A stretch of 64,000 nt of DNA. Origin: Burkholderiales bacterium. GTDB taxonomy: Bacteria; Pseudomonadota; Gammaproteobacteria; Burkholderiales; SG8-39. The notes below the pieces were generated by a model. That model was given only the letters and a program-made list of their open reading frames with translations. It was not told the origin of the DNA and did no database searches. This document shows, piece after piece, positions 50,162 to 60,153 of the stretch. The stretch spans positions 30,437 to 94,436 of the forward strand of contig DATGGA010000029.1 of assembly GCA_035308765.1 (NCBI GenBank), read 5' to 3'. The number at the start of each line of letters is the position of its first letter. Position 1 is the first letter of the stretch. The position numbers and the translations under genes were made by a program.

Positions 50162-53100
50162 ATGAAACTCTCATTCGGCCTTGGTTTCGGCGATCTCTAT
50201 CGGCGTGAGGGGCTGCTGCGCCTGGACGGCGCGTTTTTGTCGTTCCTCGATCCTGCTCTTCGGAAAAAACTTCTCGAGGCGAGAGACAATCCTCCTTCTT
50301 GGAAAGCGGAGTCCGAACTGCTCATCGAGCTCGCGCCGCATCTCGAGGATTTCCTCGCGCAACTGTTCGGCATCGAGACCGAAGCACAGGCGCTCGCGGC
50401 GCGTCACAACGAGCTCGCGCCGCTGTTTTCGGTGAAGCGTCTTTTCGTCCAGCGCCACGCCCTGCACAAAGTGAAGCCCGGGGATGCGACGTCCGGCGGT
50501 TATGCTTTTTCCACCGAACTGGAATTCGCGAAGCAGGTAACGGAATGGGGCAAGGACCAGGCTGCGAACGCGGGCAAGATCGAAGGCGCGGCGCGTTATG
50601 CCGCCTGGGCGGCCACGACTCCGGAAGGCAAGGCGAAGCATCGCGCGGGCATTCTGTTCAAGACCCCGCTCAAGCTCGATTTCATGCGCCTGGTGCCGGT
50701 CCACACCGATATGTCGCAGGGATTCGCGAAGCACAGCCTCGAGCACCTGCGCCAGCGCGACGGCTTCGCCCTGACCGATCACGGTACCGACCTCACAGGT
50801 GCGCTCGACCAGGCGAACTACTGCATCTGGTGCCACGAGCAGGGCAAGGATTCCTGCTCCAAGGGCCTGAAAGAGAAGGCCCCTGCCACCGGATTCAAGA
50901 AGACCCAGTTCGGCGTGCCGCTCGCCGGCTGCCCGCTCGAAGAAAAAATTTCCGAATTCCACCTCGTCAAGGCGCGCGGCGAACCGCTGGCAGCGCTGGC
51001 AGTGATCTGCATCGACAACCCGATGGCCGCGGCCACCGGGCACCGCATCTGCAACGACTGCATGAAATCCTGCATCTACCAGAAGCAGGCGCCGGTGGAC
51101 ATTCCCCAGGCGGAGACACGCACGCTCAAGGACGTGCTCGAACTCCCCTGGGGTTTCGAGATCTATTCTCTGCTGACGCGCTGGAACCCGCTTAACCTGC
51201 GCCGCCCTGTTCCGCTCCCGGAGAGCGGGCGCAAGGTGATGGTGGTCGGCCTGGGGCCTGCCGGGTTCACGCTCGCCCACCACCTCATGAACGACGGACA
51301 CGCGGTGGCCGGAATCGACGGCCTCAAGCTGGAGCCGCTGAGCGTGCCCTTCGAGCCGGTGAAGGACGTGCGCAGCCTGTACGAGGACCTCGGCGGGCGC
51401 GTGATGGCCGGCTTCGGCGGCGTCGCCGAGTACGGCATCACCGTGCGCTGGGACAAAAACTTCCTCAAGATCATCCGCCTGCTGCTGGAGCGGCGCAGCC
51501 AGTTCGCCATGTTCGGCGGCGTGCGCTTCGGCGGCACGGTGACGCTGGAAGACGCGATGGCGATGGGCTTCGACCACGTTGCGCTGTGCGTCGGCGCGGG
51601 CAAGCCGACGGTGCTCGACATCCCGAACGGACTTGCTCGCGGCGTGCGCGCCGCATCGGACTTCCTGATGGCGCTGCAGCTCACGGGCGCCGCCAAGGAA
51701 GACTCCATCGCCAACATGCAGCTGCGCCTGCCGGTGGTGGTGATCGGCGGCGGGCTGACGGCAATCGACACCGCCACCGAGTCCCTCGCCTACTACGTCG
51801 TGCAGGTGAACAAGTTCCTCGAGCGTTATGAAGCGCTTGCGGCGGAGATCGGCGAGGACGCGGTGCGGGCGAACTGGGACGACCAGGAGCGCGAGATCGC
51901 GGAGGAATTTCTCGCGCACGCGAGGACTTTGAGAAATACGGCGAAAGAAAAGCACATCGAGTTGTTGCGGCACTGGGGCGGGGTCACCATCGCCTACCGC
52001 CGGCGCCTCATCGATAGTCCCTCCTACACGCTGAACCACGAGGAAGTCGAAAAGGCCTTGGAAGAAGGCATCTGGTTCGCCGAAGGATTGACCCCTGCTG
52101 CAGTGGACGTAGACAACTTCGGCGCCGTCAAGGGTATCCGCCTCAAGGGCGCAGCGACCGAGCACTGGCTGCCGGCGCATACCGTGTTTGTCGCTGCGGG
52201 CACCCAACCCAACACCGTGCTCGCGAGGGAAGACGCCGCGCACTTCTCGCTCGACGGCAAATACTTCGCTGCCTGCGACACCGACGGCAAGCCGGTCAAA
52301 CCACAGTACTCCACTTCCAAACCGGCGACGCCGAATGTGTTGCTGTCGAAGCAGCTCGACGGCCGCTTCGTCAGCTACTTCGGCGACGTGCATCCGTCCT
52401 ATTTCGGCAACGTCGTGAAAGCGATGGGCAGCGCAAAGCAGGGCTATCCGATTGTCTCGAAGGTTTTGAACTCAAGACCTCCCGTTGCAAAGGAAAATTT
52501 CTTCGATCGACTTTCCGACCAGCTCAATGCAACCGTCCACAAGGTCGAACGGCTGACGCCCACCATCGTCGAGGTCATCGTCCGCGCGCCTCTGGCGGCA
52601 AAAAAATTCCAGCCTGGCCAGTTTTATCGGCTGCAGAACTTCGAAACTCTTGCTCCTGTCGCCGCGAAAACGCGCATGCAGATGGAAGGCCTCGCGATGA
52701 CCGGCGCCTGGGTGGATCGCAAGAAAGGACTAGTCTCCATCATCGCGCTGGAAATGGGCGGCTCGAGCGATTTGTGCGCCATGCTCAAGCCCGGCGAACC
52801 CGTGATCCTGATGGGACCAACCGGGACGCCGACCGAGATCGCGGGTGGCGAGACGGTAGTGCTATGCGGCGGCGGCCTGGGCAACGCGGTGCTGTTCTCC
52901 ATCGGCGCGGCATTCCGCGCCGCGGGCTCGAAAGTCCTCTACTTCGCCGGATACAAGAAGGTCGCCGATCGCTACAAGGTTTCCGACATCGAGAACGCCG
53001 CCGACGCGGTGATCTGGTGCTGCGACGAGGCGCCCGGCTTCAAGCCCGGGCGCCCGCAGGACCGCAGTTTCGTCGGCAACATCGTGCAGGCCATGGACGC

Positions 53101-53503
53101 CTACGCCGAAGGACGGCTGGGCGCGCTCTCGATCCGCCTCGACGATTGCGACCGGCTGATCGCCATCGGCTCCGACCGCATGATGGCCGGCGTCGCGAAA
53201 GCGCGCCACGACGTACTCAAACCGCACCTGAAACCCGCCCACTTCGCAATCGGCTCCATCAACTCGCCGATGCAATGCATGATGAAAGAGATCTGCGCGC
53301 AGTGTCTGCAGCCGCACCGCGATCCGGTCACCGGCGAAACCAGCTACGTGTTTTCCTGCTTCAATCAGGACCAGCCGCTCGACAGCGTGGATTTCAAGGG
53401 CCTTCACGAGCGCCTGAAGCAGAACTCGCTGGCGGAGAAGCTGAGCGCAGGCTGGCTGCGCCACTGTATGCCCGGGCTCAGGAAGCAGCGCAGCTTCGTC
53501 TAG
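50162..53503 (+). CDS. Large FAD/Fe-S oxidoreductase: GltD/NfnB-like module fused to a C-terminal PyrK/NfnA-like module
   Basis: CIWC..C, GCPL, HRICNDCMKSC, VGLGPAGF, IGGGLTAID; C-terminal PGQF, MGPTG, CGGGLG, MQCMMKEICAQC..FSC. Confidence 0.8.
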   Translation: MKLSFGLGFGDLYRREGLLRLDGAFLSFLDPALRKKLLEARDNPPSWKAESELLIELAPHLEDFLAQLFGIETEAQALAARHNELAPLFSVKRLFVQRHALHKVKPGDATSGGYAFSTELEFAKQVTEWGKDQAANAGKIEGAARYAAWAATTPEGKAKHRAGILFKTPLKLDFMRLVPVHTDMSQGFAKHSLEHLRQRDGFALTDHGTDLTGALDQANYCIWCHEQGKDSCSKGLKEKAPATGFKKTQFGVPLAGCPLEEKISEFHLVKARGEPLAALAVICIDNPMAAATGHRICNDCMKSCIYQKQAPVDIPQAETRTLKDVLELPWGFEIYSLLTRWNPLNLRRPVPLPESGRKVMVVGLGPAGFTLAHHLMNDGHAVAGIDGLKLEPLSVPFEPVKDVRSLYEDLGGRVMAGFGGVAEYGITVRWDKNFLKIIRLLLERRSQFAMFGGVRFGGTVTLEDAMAMGFDHVALCVGAGKPTVLDIPNGLARGVRAASDFLMALQLTGAAKEDSIANMQLRLPVVVIGGGLTAIDTATESLAYYVVQVNKFLERYEALAAEIGEDAVRANWDDQEREIAEEFLAHARTLRNTAKEKHIELLRHWGGVTIAYRRRLIDSPSYTLNHEEVEKALEEGIWFAEGLTPAAVDVDNFGAVKGIRLKGAATEHWLPAHTVFVAAGTQPNTVLAREDAAHFSLDGKYFAACDTDGKPVKPQYSTSKPATPNVLLSKQLDGRFVSYFGDVHPSYFGNVVKAMGSAKQGYPIVSKVLNSRPPVAKENFFDRLSDQLNATVHKVERLTPTIVEVIVRAPLAAKKFQPGQFYRLQNFETLAPVAAKTRMQMEGLAMTGAWVDRKKGLVSIIALEMGGSSDLCAMLKPGEPVILMGPTGTPTEIAGGETVVLCGGGLGNAVLFSIGAAFRAAGSKVLYFAGYKKVADRYKVSDIENAADAVIWCCDEAPGFKPGRPQDRSFVGNIVQAMDAYAEGRLGALSIRLDDCDRLIAIGSDRMMAGVAKARHDVLKPHLKPAHFAIGSINSPMQCMMKEICAQCLQPHRDPVTGETSYVFSCFNQDQPLDSVDFKGLHERLKQNSLAEKLSAGWLRHCMPGLRKQRSFV

Positions 53504-53510
53504 GCGCCAC

Positions 53511-53548
53511 TTGACGGGATATACAAGTCTTATATAAGATTTGTATAT
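53511..53548 (+). promoter_or_regulatory. sigma70 promoter (TTGACG-N16-TATAAG) overlapped by a 30-bp palindrome (putative operator)
   Basis: ATATACAA-G-TCTTATATAAGA-T-TTGTATAT at 53519-53548, covering the -10 element and the ATG. Confidence 0.75.
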
Positions 53549-53750
53549 GCCGAAGCTGAAATCGAAGATCAGTACCTTCTCCGCGGCGCCGCGGGACCTG
53601 GAGATGCTGGACGTCGTCGCGCGCTATCACGGCACCAACAAGAGCGCGACGATCGTCAGCCTCGTGCGCCGGGAATTCTGGCGTGCCTTTCCGGGTGGCA
53701 CGGACAAAATCCGGCCCGATCGTGGTGCCAAGGTGGAGGACGGAAAATGA
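53547..53750 (+). CDS. Small ribbon-helix-helix-like putative DNA-binding protein (67 aa)
   Basis: KISTFSA (beta strand), PRDLEMLDVVARYH (helix), GTNKSATIVSLVRREFW (G-x-x-x-S turn plus helix); ATGA overlap with the next gene. Confidence 0.65.
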   Translation: MPKLKSKISTFSAAPRDLEMLDVVARYHGTNKSATIVSLVRREFWRAFPGGTDKIRPDRGAKVEDGK

Positions 53751-54922
53751 GATTCCTGTTGCTGGCTGCCCTGCTCGTCTCGTCGAGCGCTTTCTCGCAG
53801 GACATCAAGCTCGGAGAGCTGAACAGCTACAAGGTCTTCCCTGCTTTCCTGGAGCCTTATAAGAAGGGCATGGAGCTCGCGATCGAGGAGATCAACGGCT
53901 CCGGCGGCGTGCTGGGAAGAAAGCTCGAACTGATAACGCGGGACGACGGCGGCAATCCGGGCGACGCGGTGCGGGTCGCCGAGGAGCTGATTTCGCGCGA
54001 CAAGGTAAACGTGCTCATGGGGACGTTCGCGTCCAACGTCGGCCTGGCCGTGTCGAATCTCGCCGCGCAGCGCAAGGTGCTGTTCATCGCCTCCGAGCCG
54101 CTCACGGACAAGATCGTGTGGGAGAACGGCAACCGCTACACGTTTCGGCTGCGGCCCTCTACCTACATGCAGACTGCCATGCTGATCCCCGAGGCGGTGA
54201 AGCTGAAGAAGAAGCGCTGGGCGATCGTCTACCCGAACTACGAGTACGGCCAGTCGGCGACGGCGTCGTTCAAGAAGCTGCTGAAGGCGGCGCAGCCGGA
54301 CGCGGAGTTCGTCGCCGAGCAGGCGCCGCCGCTGGGCAAGATCGACGGCGGCGCGGTGGTGCAGGCGCTGATCGACGCCAGGCCGGACGCGATTTTCTCG
54401 TCTCTGTTCGGCGCCGACCTGCAGAAGTTCGTGCGCGAGGGCAACACGCGCGGCCTGTTCAGGAACACGCCGGTGTTCAACCTGATCGCGGGCGAGCCGG
54501 AATATCTCGACACGCTCAAGGACGAAACTCCCGACGGCTGGTGGGTGACGGGCTATCCGTGGAGCGCGATCAGCACGCCAGAGCACCGCAAGTTCCGCGA
54601 TGCCTACCAGAAGCGCTGGAAGGACTATCCCCGCGAGGGCTCTGTCGTGGGCTACGTGTCGGTCTACACAGTGGCCAACGCGCTGCGCAAAGCTGGCTCG
54701 ACGGATACCGAGAAGCTGGTCGAGGCGATGAAGGGCCTGGAAATGGGAACGCCCTTCGGCCCGATCGTCTGGCGACCGCTCGACCACCAGTCGACCATGG
54801 GCGCCTATGTCGGGCAGTTGGCGCGAAAGGATGGCCAGGGCGTGATGGTGAACTGGCGCTTCGCCGATGGAGCCAATTTCCTGCCGTCGTTTGAAGAGGT
54901 AAAGGCGCTTAGAAAAGAATAA
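53747..54922 (+). CDS. ABC transporter substrate-binding protein (LivJ/LivK-like, type 1)
   Basis: Signal peptide, EEINGSGGVLGRKLELITRDD, YPNYEYGQS. Confidence 0.9.
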   Translation: MRFLLLAALLVSSSAFSQDIKLGELNSYKVFPAFLEPYKKGMELAIEEINGSGGVLGRKLELITRDDGGNPGDAVRVAEELISRDKVNVLMGTFASNVGLAVSNLAAQRKVLFIASEPLTDKIVWENGNRYTFRLRPSTYMQTAMLIPEAVKLKKKRWAIVYPNYEYGQSATASFKKLLKAAQPDAEFVAEQAPPLGKIDGGAVVQALIDARPDAIFSSLFGADLQKFVREGNTRGLFRNTPVFNLIAGEPEYLDTLKDETPDGWWVTGYPWSAISTPEHRKFRDAYQKRWKDYPREGSVVGYVSVYTVANALRKAGSTDTEKLVEAMKGLEMGTPFGPIVWRPLDHQSTMGAYVGQLARKDGQGVMVNWRFADGANFLPSFEEVKALRKE

Positions 54923-54930
54923 TATAATCA

Positions 54931-56748
54931 ATGTCTTTATCGTCAGTCCTCATCCAGTTTCTTAACGGGCTGGCGAGCACCTCGGCGCTATTCCTGGTCG
55001 CTGCGGGGCTGTCGCTGATCTTCGGCGTTACCCGCATCGTCAATTTCGCCCACGGCTCCCTCTACATGCTCGGCATGTACCTGGCGGTCTGGCTGGCCGA
55101 ACGGGTCGGGTTCTGGGCGGCGGTACCGCTGGCTGCGATCGTGGTCGCAGCCGTAGGATGCCTCGCAGAGATCGGCCTTCTGCGAAGAATCTACAAGGCG
55201 CCCGAGCTGCTGCAGCTGCTCGCCACCTTCGCGCTGATGCTGGTGATCAAGGACGCGGCGCTCTGGGCCTGGGGGCCGGAAGATCTGCTTGGACCGCGCG
55301 CTCCCGGTTTCGCCGGGGCGGTGAAAATCGCGGGCAGCGCATTCCCGCAGTACGACCTGCTGCTGATCCTGCTGGGCCCCCTGGTGTTCATTTTTCTCCA
55401 GTTCATTCTTTTCAGGACCCGCTGGGGCATCCTGGTCCGCGCCGCGAGCCAGGACCGCGAGATGGCCGGCGCGCTCGGCGTCAACCAGCGCTGGCTGTTC
55501 ACCGGGGTGTTCGCGCTGGGCGCCCTGCTCGCCGGGCTGAGCGGCGCGCTGCGGATCCCGCTGGAGCCCGCGACCCTTTCGATCGACCTGTCGGTGATAT
55601 CGGACGCCTTCGTCGTCGTCGTGGTCGGGGGCCTGGGCTCGATTCCGGGCGCGTTTCTCGCCGCGCTGCTGATCGCGGAGATCAAGTCGTTCTGCATCGG
55701 GCTCGGCTTCTCGCAGGCCACGCTCGTCGTGGAGTTCATCGTCATGGCCGCGGTGCTGGTGGTCCGGCCACGGGGCTTGCTGGGTCAAGCGCAGGCTTTG
55801 GCGAGAAATCCGGGGATCACGGAAGCATCCCTTGAACCGCCGGAAAGAAAATTCCTCGCCGCAGGCTCCGCGCTGCTCGTCGTCCTCGCGCTGGTTCCGA
55901 TCGCTTCCCCCGGTTACACGCTGGTATTGCTCGAAGACATCCTGGTCTTCGCCCTGTTCGCTGTCAGCCTGCACTTCATCATGGGGCCTGGCGGCCTCTA
56001 TTCCTTCGGCCACGCGGCCTTCTTCGGACTCGGCGCCTATGCGGCCGGCATTCTCCTTCTGCGGGCAAAGCTGCCGATGGAACTCGCGCTGGCGCTGGCG
56101 CCTCTCGCCGCCTGCCTGGGCGCGATCGTCTTCGGCTGGTTCGTGGTGCGGCTCTCCGGCGTGTATTCCGCGATGCTGACGCTCGCCTTCGCGCAGATCG
56201 CCTGGTCTGCGGCTTTCGAGTGGGATGCGCTCACCGGCGGATCCAACGGCCTCGTCGGAACGTGGCCGGCGGCCTGGCTGTCGTCGGAGCCGGCGTATTA
56301 CTTCCTGACGCTGCTGCTGTGCGCGTCCGGAATTCTCTTCCTGTGGCGGGCAATGTATTCCCCGTTCGGCTACGCCCTGCGCGCCTGCCGGGATTCGCCG
56401 CTGCGCGCCGAGTCGATCGGCATCGACGTGCGCGCGACGCAATGGGCCGCATTTGCCTGCGCGGGACTGGCGGCGGGCGTCGCCGGCGCGCTGTACGCCT
56501 TCTCCAAGGGCTCGATCTCGCCCGACGTGCTGGGAATACAGCGCTCGGTCGACGGCCTGGTGATGGTGATGCTGGGCGGCATCCAGACGCTCAGCGGGCC
56601 GGCCTGGGGCGCGGCGCTGCTTACCTGGCTGCAGGACGCCGCCGCACGCAACATCGACTACTGGCGTGCGGTGGTCGGCATTGCGATCCTCGCGCTGGTT
56701 CTGATCCTGCCGAACGGAATCGGTTCTCTCTTTCAATCGAGAAAATGA
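54931..56748 (+). CDS. Fused LivH-LivM-like ABC permease
   Basis: GLSLIFGVTRIVNFAHG (LivH-like), then SFGHAAFFGLGAY and MVMLGGI (LivM-like) in one ORF. Confidence 0.9.
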   Translation: MSLSSVLIQFLNGLASTSALFLVAAGLSLIFGVTRIVNFAHGSLYMLGMYLAVWLAERVGFWAAVPLAAIVVAAVGCLAEIGLLRRIYKAPELLQLLATFALMLVIKDAALWAWGPEDLLGPRAPGFAGAVKIAGSAFPQYDLLLILLGPLVFIFLQFILFRTRWGILVRAASQDREMAGALGVNQRWLFTGVFALGALLAGLSGALRIPLEPATLSIDLSVISDAFVVVVVGGLGSIPGAFLAALLIAEIKSFCIGLGFSQATLVVEFIVMAAVLVVRPRGLLGQAQALARNPGITEASLEPPERKFLAAGSALLVVLALVPIASPGYTLVLLEDILVFALFAVSLHFIMGPGGLYSFGHAAFFGLGAYAAGILLLRAKLPMELALALAPLAACLGAIVFGWFVVRLSGVYSAMLTLAFAQIAWSAAFEWDALTGGSNGLVGTWPAAWLSSEPAYYFLTLLLCASGILFLWRAMYSPFGYALRACRDSPLRAESIGIDVRATQWAAFACAGLAAGVAGALYAFSKGSISPDVLGIQRSVDGLVMVMLGGIQTLSGPAWGAALLTWLQDAAARNIDYWRAVVGIAILALVLILPNGIGSLFQSRK

Positions 56749-57497
56749 GCATTCTCGCCGTCAAGGGTCTCACGAAATCTTTCGGCGGCGTGCGCGCGGT
56801 CTCCGGCGTGAGCTTCTCCGTGGATGCCGGCGAACTGCTGGCGATGATCGGTCCGAACGGCGCCGGCAAAACCACCTGCTTCAATCTGGTCAACGGACAA
56901 CTGCAGCCCGACGCCGGGGAGGTTCTGTTTCAGGGAAGGAAAACTCGGGGGATGACCCCCCGTGAACTGTACCGCCTGGGCGTCGGCCGCACATTTCAGA
57001 TCACCGCCACCTTCGGCTCCATGAGCGTGCGCGAGAACGTGCAGCTTGCGCTGCTCTCGCATGCGAAAAGGCTCGGCTCCCCTTTCTCGTCCTTTTCCGG
57101 AGCGATTTCCGGACCAACGGATGAATTGCTGGAAGGCGTCGGCATGCGGCGGCAGGCGGACAAGCGGTGCGCGGAACTCGCCTACGGCGACCTCAAGCGC
57201 GTCGAACTGGCTGTGGCGCTTGCCGGCCGCCCGCGGCTGCTGCTGATGGACGAGCCCACGGCGGGAATGGCCGCGGCGGAGCGTCACATGCTTATGAAGC
57301 TTGTCGAAGGAACTGCAAAGGAAGAAAACATATCCGTACTCTTTACGGAGCACGACATGGACATCGTCTTCGGGCATGCCGACCGCGTCATCGTGCTCTC
57401 CGAGGGCGAACTGATCGCGCAGGGCAGCCCGGCCGCCGTCCGCGCGGACCCGCTGGTCCGCCGCGTCTATCTCGGCGAGGAAGCCGCCCGTGCTTGA
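56745..57497 (+). CDS. ABC ATP-binding protein (LivG-like)
   Basis: GPNGAGKTT, LAYGDLKRVELA, LLMDEPTAG. Confidence 0.92.
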   Translation: MSILAVKGLTKSFGGVRAVSGVSFSVDAGELLAMIGPNGAGKTTCFNLVNGQLQPDAGEVLFQGRKTRGMTPRELYRLGVGRTFQITATFGSMSVRENVQLALLSHAKRLGSPFSSFSGAISGPTDELLEGVGMRRQADKRCAELAYGDLKRVELAVALAGRPRLLLMDEPTAGMAAAERHMLMKLVEGTAKEENISVLFTEHDMDIVFGHADRVIVLSEGELIAQGSPAAVRADPLVRRVYLGEEAARA

Positions 57498-58191
57498 ACT
57501 CAAACGCATCAACGCAGGCTACGGCCGGGCGCAGATCCTGTTCGACTTCGACCTGGCGCTGCGCCGCGGCGAAGTTACCGCCCTCCTCGGCCGCAATGGC
57601 GCCGGCAAATCCACCGCGTTGAAAGCTACGATGGGACTGCTGCCGGCACTATCCGGGGAGATTCTTTTTGACGGCCACAACCTCCGCGGCCTTGAGCCCT
57701 TTCGCATCTCGCGCTTCGGTCTCGGCTACGTGCCGGAGGACCGGCGCATCTTCACCGACCTGACGGTGATGGAGAATCTCGAAGCCGGCCGCCAGCCCCG
57801 GCGCGCGGATGCGCCCTACTGGACCCTGGAACGCCTGTTTGAACTGTTTCCCAACCTCGACCGGATGCGTGGGCGGCGCGGCGGCAGCATGTCGGGCGGC
57901 GAGCAGCAGATGCTCGCCATCGCGCGCACGCTGATGGGCAATCCCCGCACCATTCTCCTCGACGAGCCGTTCGAAGGCCTCGCACCGGTGATCGTCGATA
58001 GCGTCGCCAGGGCCATCCGCGAACTGAAACGGGAGGGGCTGAGCGTCCTGCTGTGCGAGCAGAACCCGCGCTTCGCCCGGCTGGTTGCGGATCGCGCCTG
58101 CATTATCGAAAAGGGCCGGCTGTGCCACGCCGGCACGCTCGCCGGGCTGGACGCTGACCCTGCGCTACGCGAGCGCTACCTCGCCGCTTGA
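57490..58191 (+). CDS. ABC ATP-binding protein (LivF-like)
   Basis: GRNGAGKST, YVPEDRRIF, MSGGEQQMLAIARTL, LLDEP. Confidence 0.92.
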   Translation: MLELKRINAGYGRAQILFDFDLALRRGEVTALLGRNGAGKSTALKATMGLLPALSGEILFDGHNLRGLEPFRISRFGLGYVPEDRRIFTDLTVMENLEAGRQPRRADAPYWTLERLFELFPNLDRMRGRRGGSMSGGEQQMLAIARTLMGNPRTILLDEPFEGLAPVIVDSVARAIRELKREGLSVLLCEQNPRFARLVADRACIIEKGRLCHAGTLAGLDADPALRERYLAA

Positions 58192-58245
58192 GGCGAGCGC
58201 CACGGGCTGATACTCGGCGCGCACGATCGAGGCGCGATCATACCC

Positions 58246-58665
58246 CTATCCGGAAAGAACGCGCAGCGCCGTTTCACCGCGCAAGGTGACGATGGTCGCG
58301 ATGCAGACCGCGACCACAGGCAGCACGAACATCGCAAGGCTCAGCGTCAGCATGCCCCGCGGCGGCGGCGCGGCGCGCCACCGGTTGAAGGCAGACTGGG
58401 GGAGCAGGATCATCAGCACCCAGCAAAACAGCTCCAGTAACGGCCGGCTCCAGGCTTTATCGAGCAGCACGCCGATTCCGCCCGCCAGGCCGAGGATCCA
58501 GATGCCGAACAGCAGCGAATCATCCAGCACCCGCGCCGGCAGCTCCTTGCGCGCGATTTCGTCCCTGAAATGGATGACGACGATCAGCCAGCTGCCGAAG
58601 GCGAGCGCCAGTCCCGAAACGATGGAGAACAGCCACCCGATCAGGGAGATATCCAGCAGATCCAC
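58246..58665 (-). CDS. Hypothetical membrane protein (~4 TM helices)
   Basis: Four hydrophobic stretches; GTG start 3 nt after the stop of the PhzF-family gene. Confidence 0.65.
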   Translation of the reverse strand: MDLLDISLIGWLFSIVSGLALAFGSWLIVVIHFRDEIARKELPARVLDDSLLFGIWILGLAGGIGVLLDKAWSRPLLELFCWVLMILLPQSAFNRWRAAPPPRGMLTLSLAMFVLPVVAVCIATIVTLRGETALRVLSG

Positions 58666-58668
58666 GCC

Positions 58669-59526
58669 CTACTCCAGCCGCAGCGTACCTTCGATGCAGG
58701 TCACCGCGCTTCCCCCCAGCAGTATTTTGCCGCCGTCGAAGCGGATCGAAACGCGGCCGTCGCGCCCGAGCTGCATTCCCTGCCTTGCCGTGTAGCCGGC
58801 GCCGAAGCGATCCGCCCGGCCCGATGTCGCGACATAGGCCGCGACGCTGATATTGCCGCTGCCGCACACCGGATCCTCCGCGATGCCGTGCGCCGGCGCG
58901 AACGAGCGCACGTGCATGGCGGAGAGCTTGTCTTCGGACGCGCCGAAGACGGTCACCCCGCCGATGGCCAGAGCGACGCTCATTTCCGTCAGAACCTGCA
59001 TGTCCGGCTTCAGCGCGGCGACCGCGGCGACATCATCCAGCTCCGCGATCAGCCAGCGCGGACCGACGTTGATGATGCGGGGCTTGCCGCTGACGCGGCC
59101 GCCGAGCGCCTGCTCCAGCCGCGAGATCTCCGGCTGCCCGATGGGCGTGTCCGTTGCCGGCGGCGAACTGAGCCAGATGGTTTCCCCGTCGACTTGAAGA
59201 TCCAGGTTTCCCGCACCGCATTCCTGGCGCAGCCTGCCGCCCCGTGCCTTGACGATGCCCGCCTCGAGGACTGCATGCGCGCTGCCGATGGTCGGATGTC
59301 CCGCAAAAGGCAGCTCGGCGCGCGGCGTGAAGATCCGCAGCCGGTAGTCGGCAGCCGCGGACGTGGGCGGCAGCACGAACGTGGTCTCGGAAAGATTGGT
59401 CCACGCCGCGACGCGCTGCATGTCCGCGGCGCTCATGCCCGCGCCTTCCAGCACGACGGCAACGGGATTGCCGAGGAACGGGCGGCTGGTGAAGACGTCG
59501 ACCTGCTTGAATTTGAGGGTCTTCAT
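58669..59526 (-). CDS. PhzF-family isomerase/epimerase
   Basis: [35 protein letters not shown]. Confidence 0.9.
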   Translation of the reverse strand: MKTLKFKQVDVFTSRPFLGNPVAVVLEGAGMSAADMQRVAAWTNLSETTFVLPPTSAAADYRLRIFTPRAELPFAGHPTIGSAHAVLEAGIVKARGGRLRQECGAGNLDLQVDGETIWLSSPPATDTPIGQPEISRLEQALGGRVSGKPRIINVGPRWLIAELDDVAAVAALKPDMQVLTEMSVALAIGGVTVFGASEDKLSAMHVRSFAPAHGIAEDPVCGSGNISVAAYVATSGRADRFGAGYTARQGMQLGRDGRVSIRFDGGKILLGGSAVTCIEGTLRLE

Positions 59527-60110
59527 TCGATCCGGCAGGCTTCTTCGAAGGCGAGGCGCGGCAGGCGCTGCATCACCTTGGCCGGATCGCCGTGGCCGAC
59601 GTTGCAGAGGAAATTGGATTTCCAGCGCCCCTCGGGAAAGAACGCCGCATCCACCTTCTCGTTGTCGAAACCCGACATCGGCCCGGTATCCAGGCCGAGC
59701 ATGCGGGCGGCGATGATGAAGTACGCGCCCTGCATCGAACCGTTGCGGAACGCGACTTTCTCGTTGCCCGCCTTCCTGTCTTCGCCCATGAAGCCGTTTT
59801 TCGCATCCGGACGGTGCGGAAACGTCTTCGGCAGGTTTTCATAGAACAGCAGGTCGTACGCGATGATCGCGGTGGCAGGGGCGGCCATCGTCTTGTCGAG
59901 GTTGCCGGGGCTCAGCGCAGGCTTGAGTTTTTCCTTCGCCTCTTTCGAGCGCACGAACACGATGCGGGCCGGCTGGGTGTTCATCGTCGTCGGGCCCCAC
60001 TTCATCAGCTCGTAGATCTCGCGCAGCTGGGCATCGGTGAGCGGTCCCGCAAACGCATTGTGCGTCCTGGCCTGGCGGAAGATGGTGTCCAGCGATTTGT
60101 CATCGAGCAT
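59523..60110 (-). CDS. RutE-like nitroreductase (malonic semialdehyde reductase family)
   Basis: [39 protein letters not shown]. Confidence 0.85.
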   Translation of the reverse strand: MLDDKSLDTIFRQARTHNAFAGPLTDAQLREIYELMKWGPTTMNTQPARIVFVRSKEAKEKLKPALSPGNLDKTMAAPATAIIAYDLLFYENLPKTFPHRPDAKNGFMGEDRKAGNEKVAFRNGSMQGAYFIIAARMLGLDTGPMSGFDNEKVDAAFFPEGRWKSNFLCNVGHGDPAKVMQRLPRLAFEEACRIE

Positions 60111-60153
60111 GTTTTCTCCGGGGGAAAGCGAGCGCAAATGTTAGCATCGCGCG

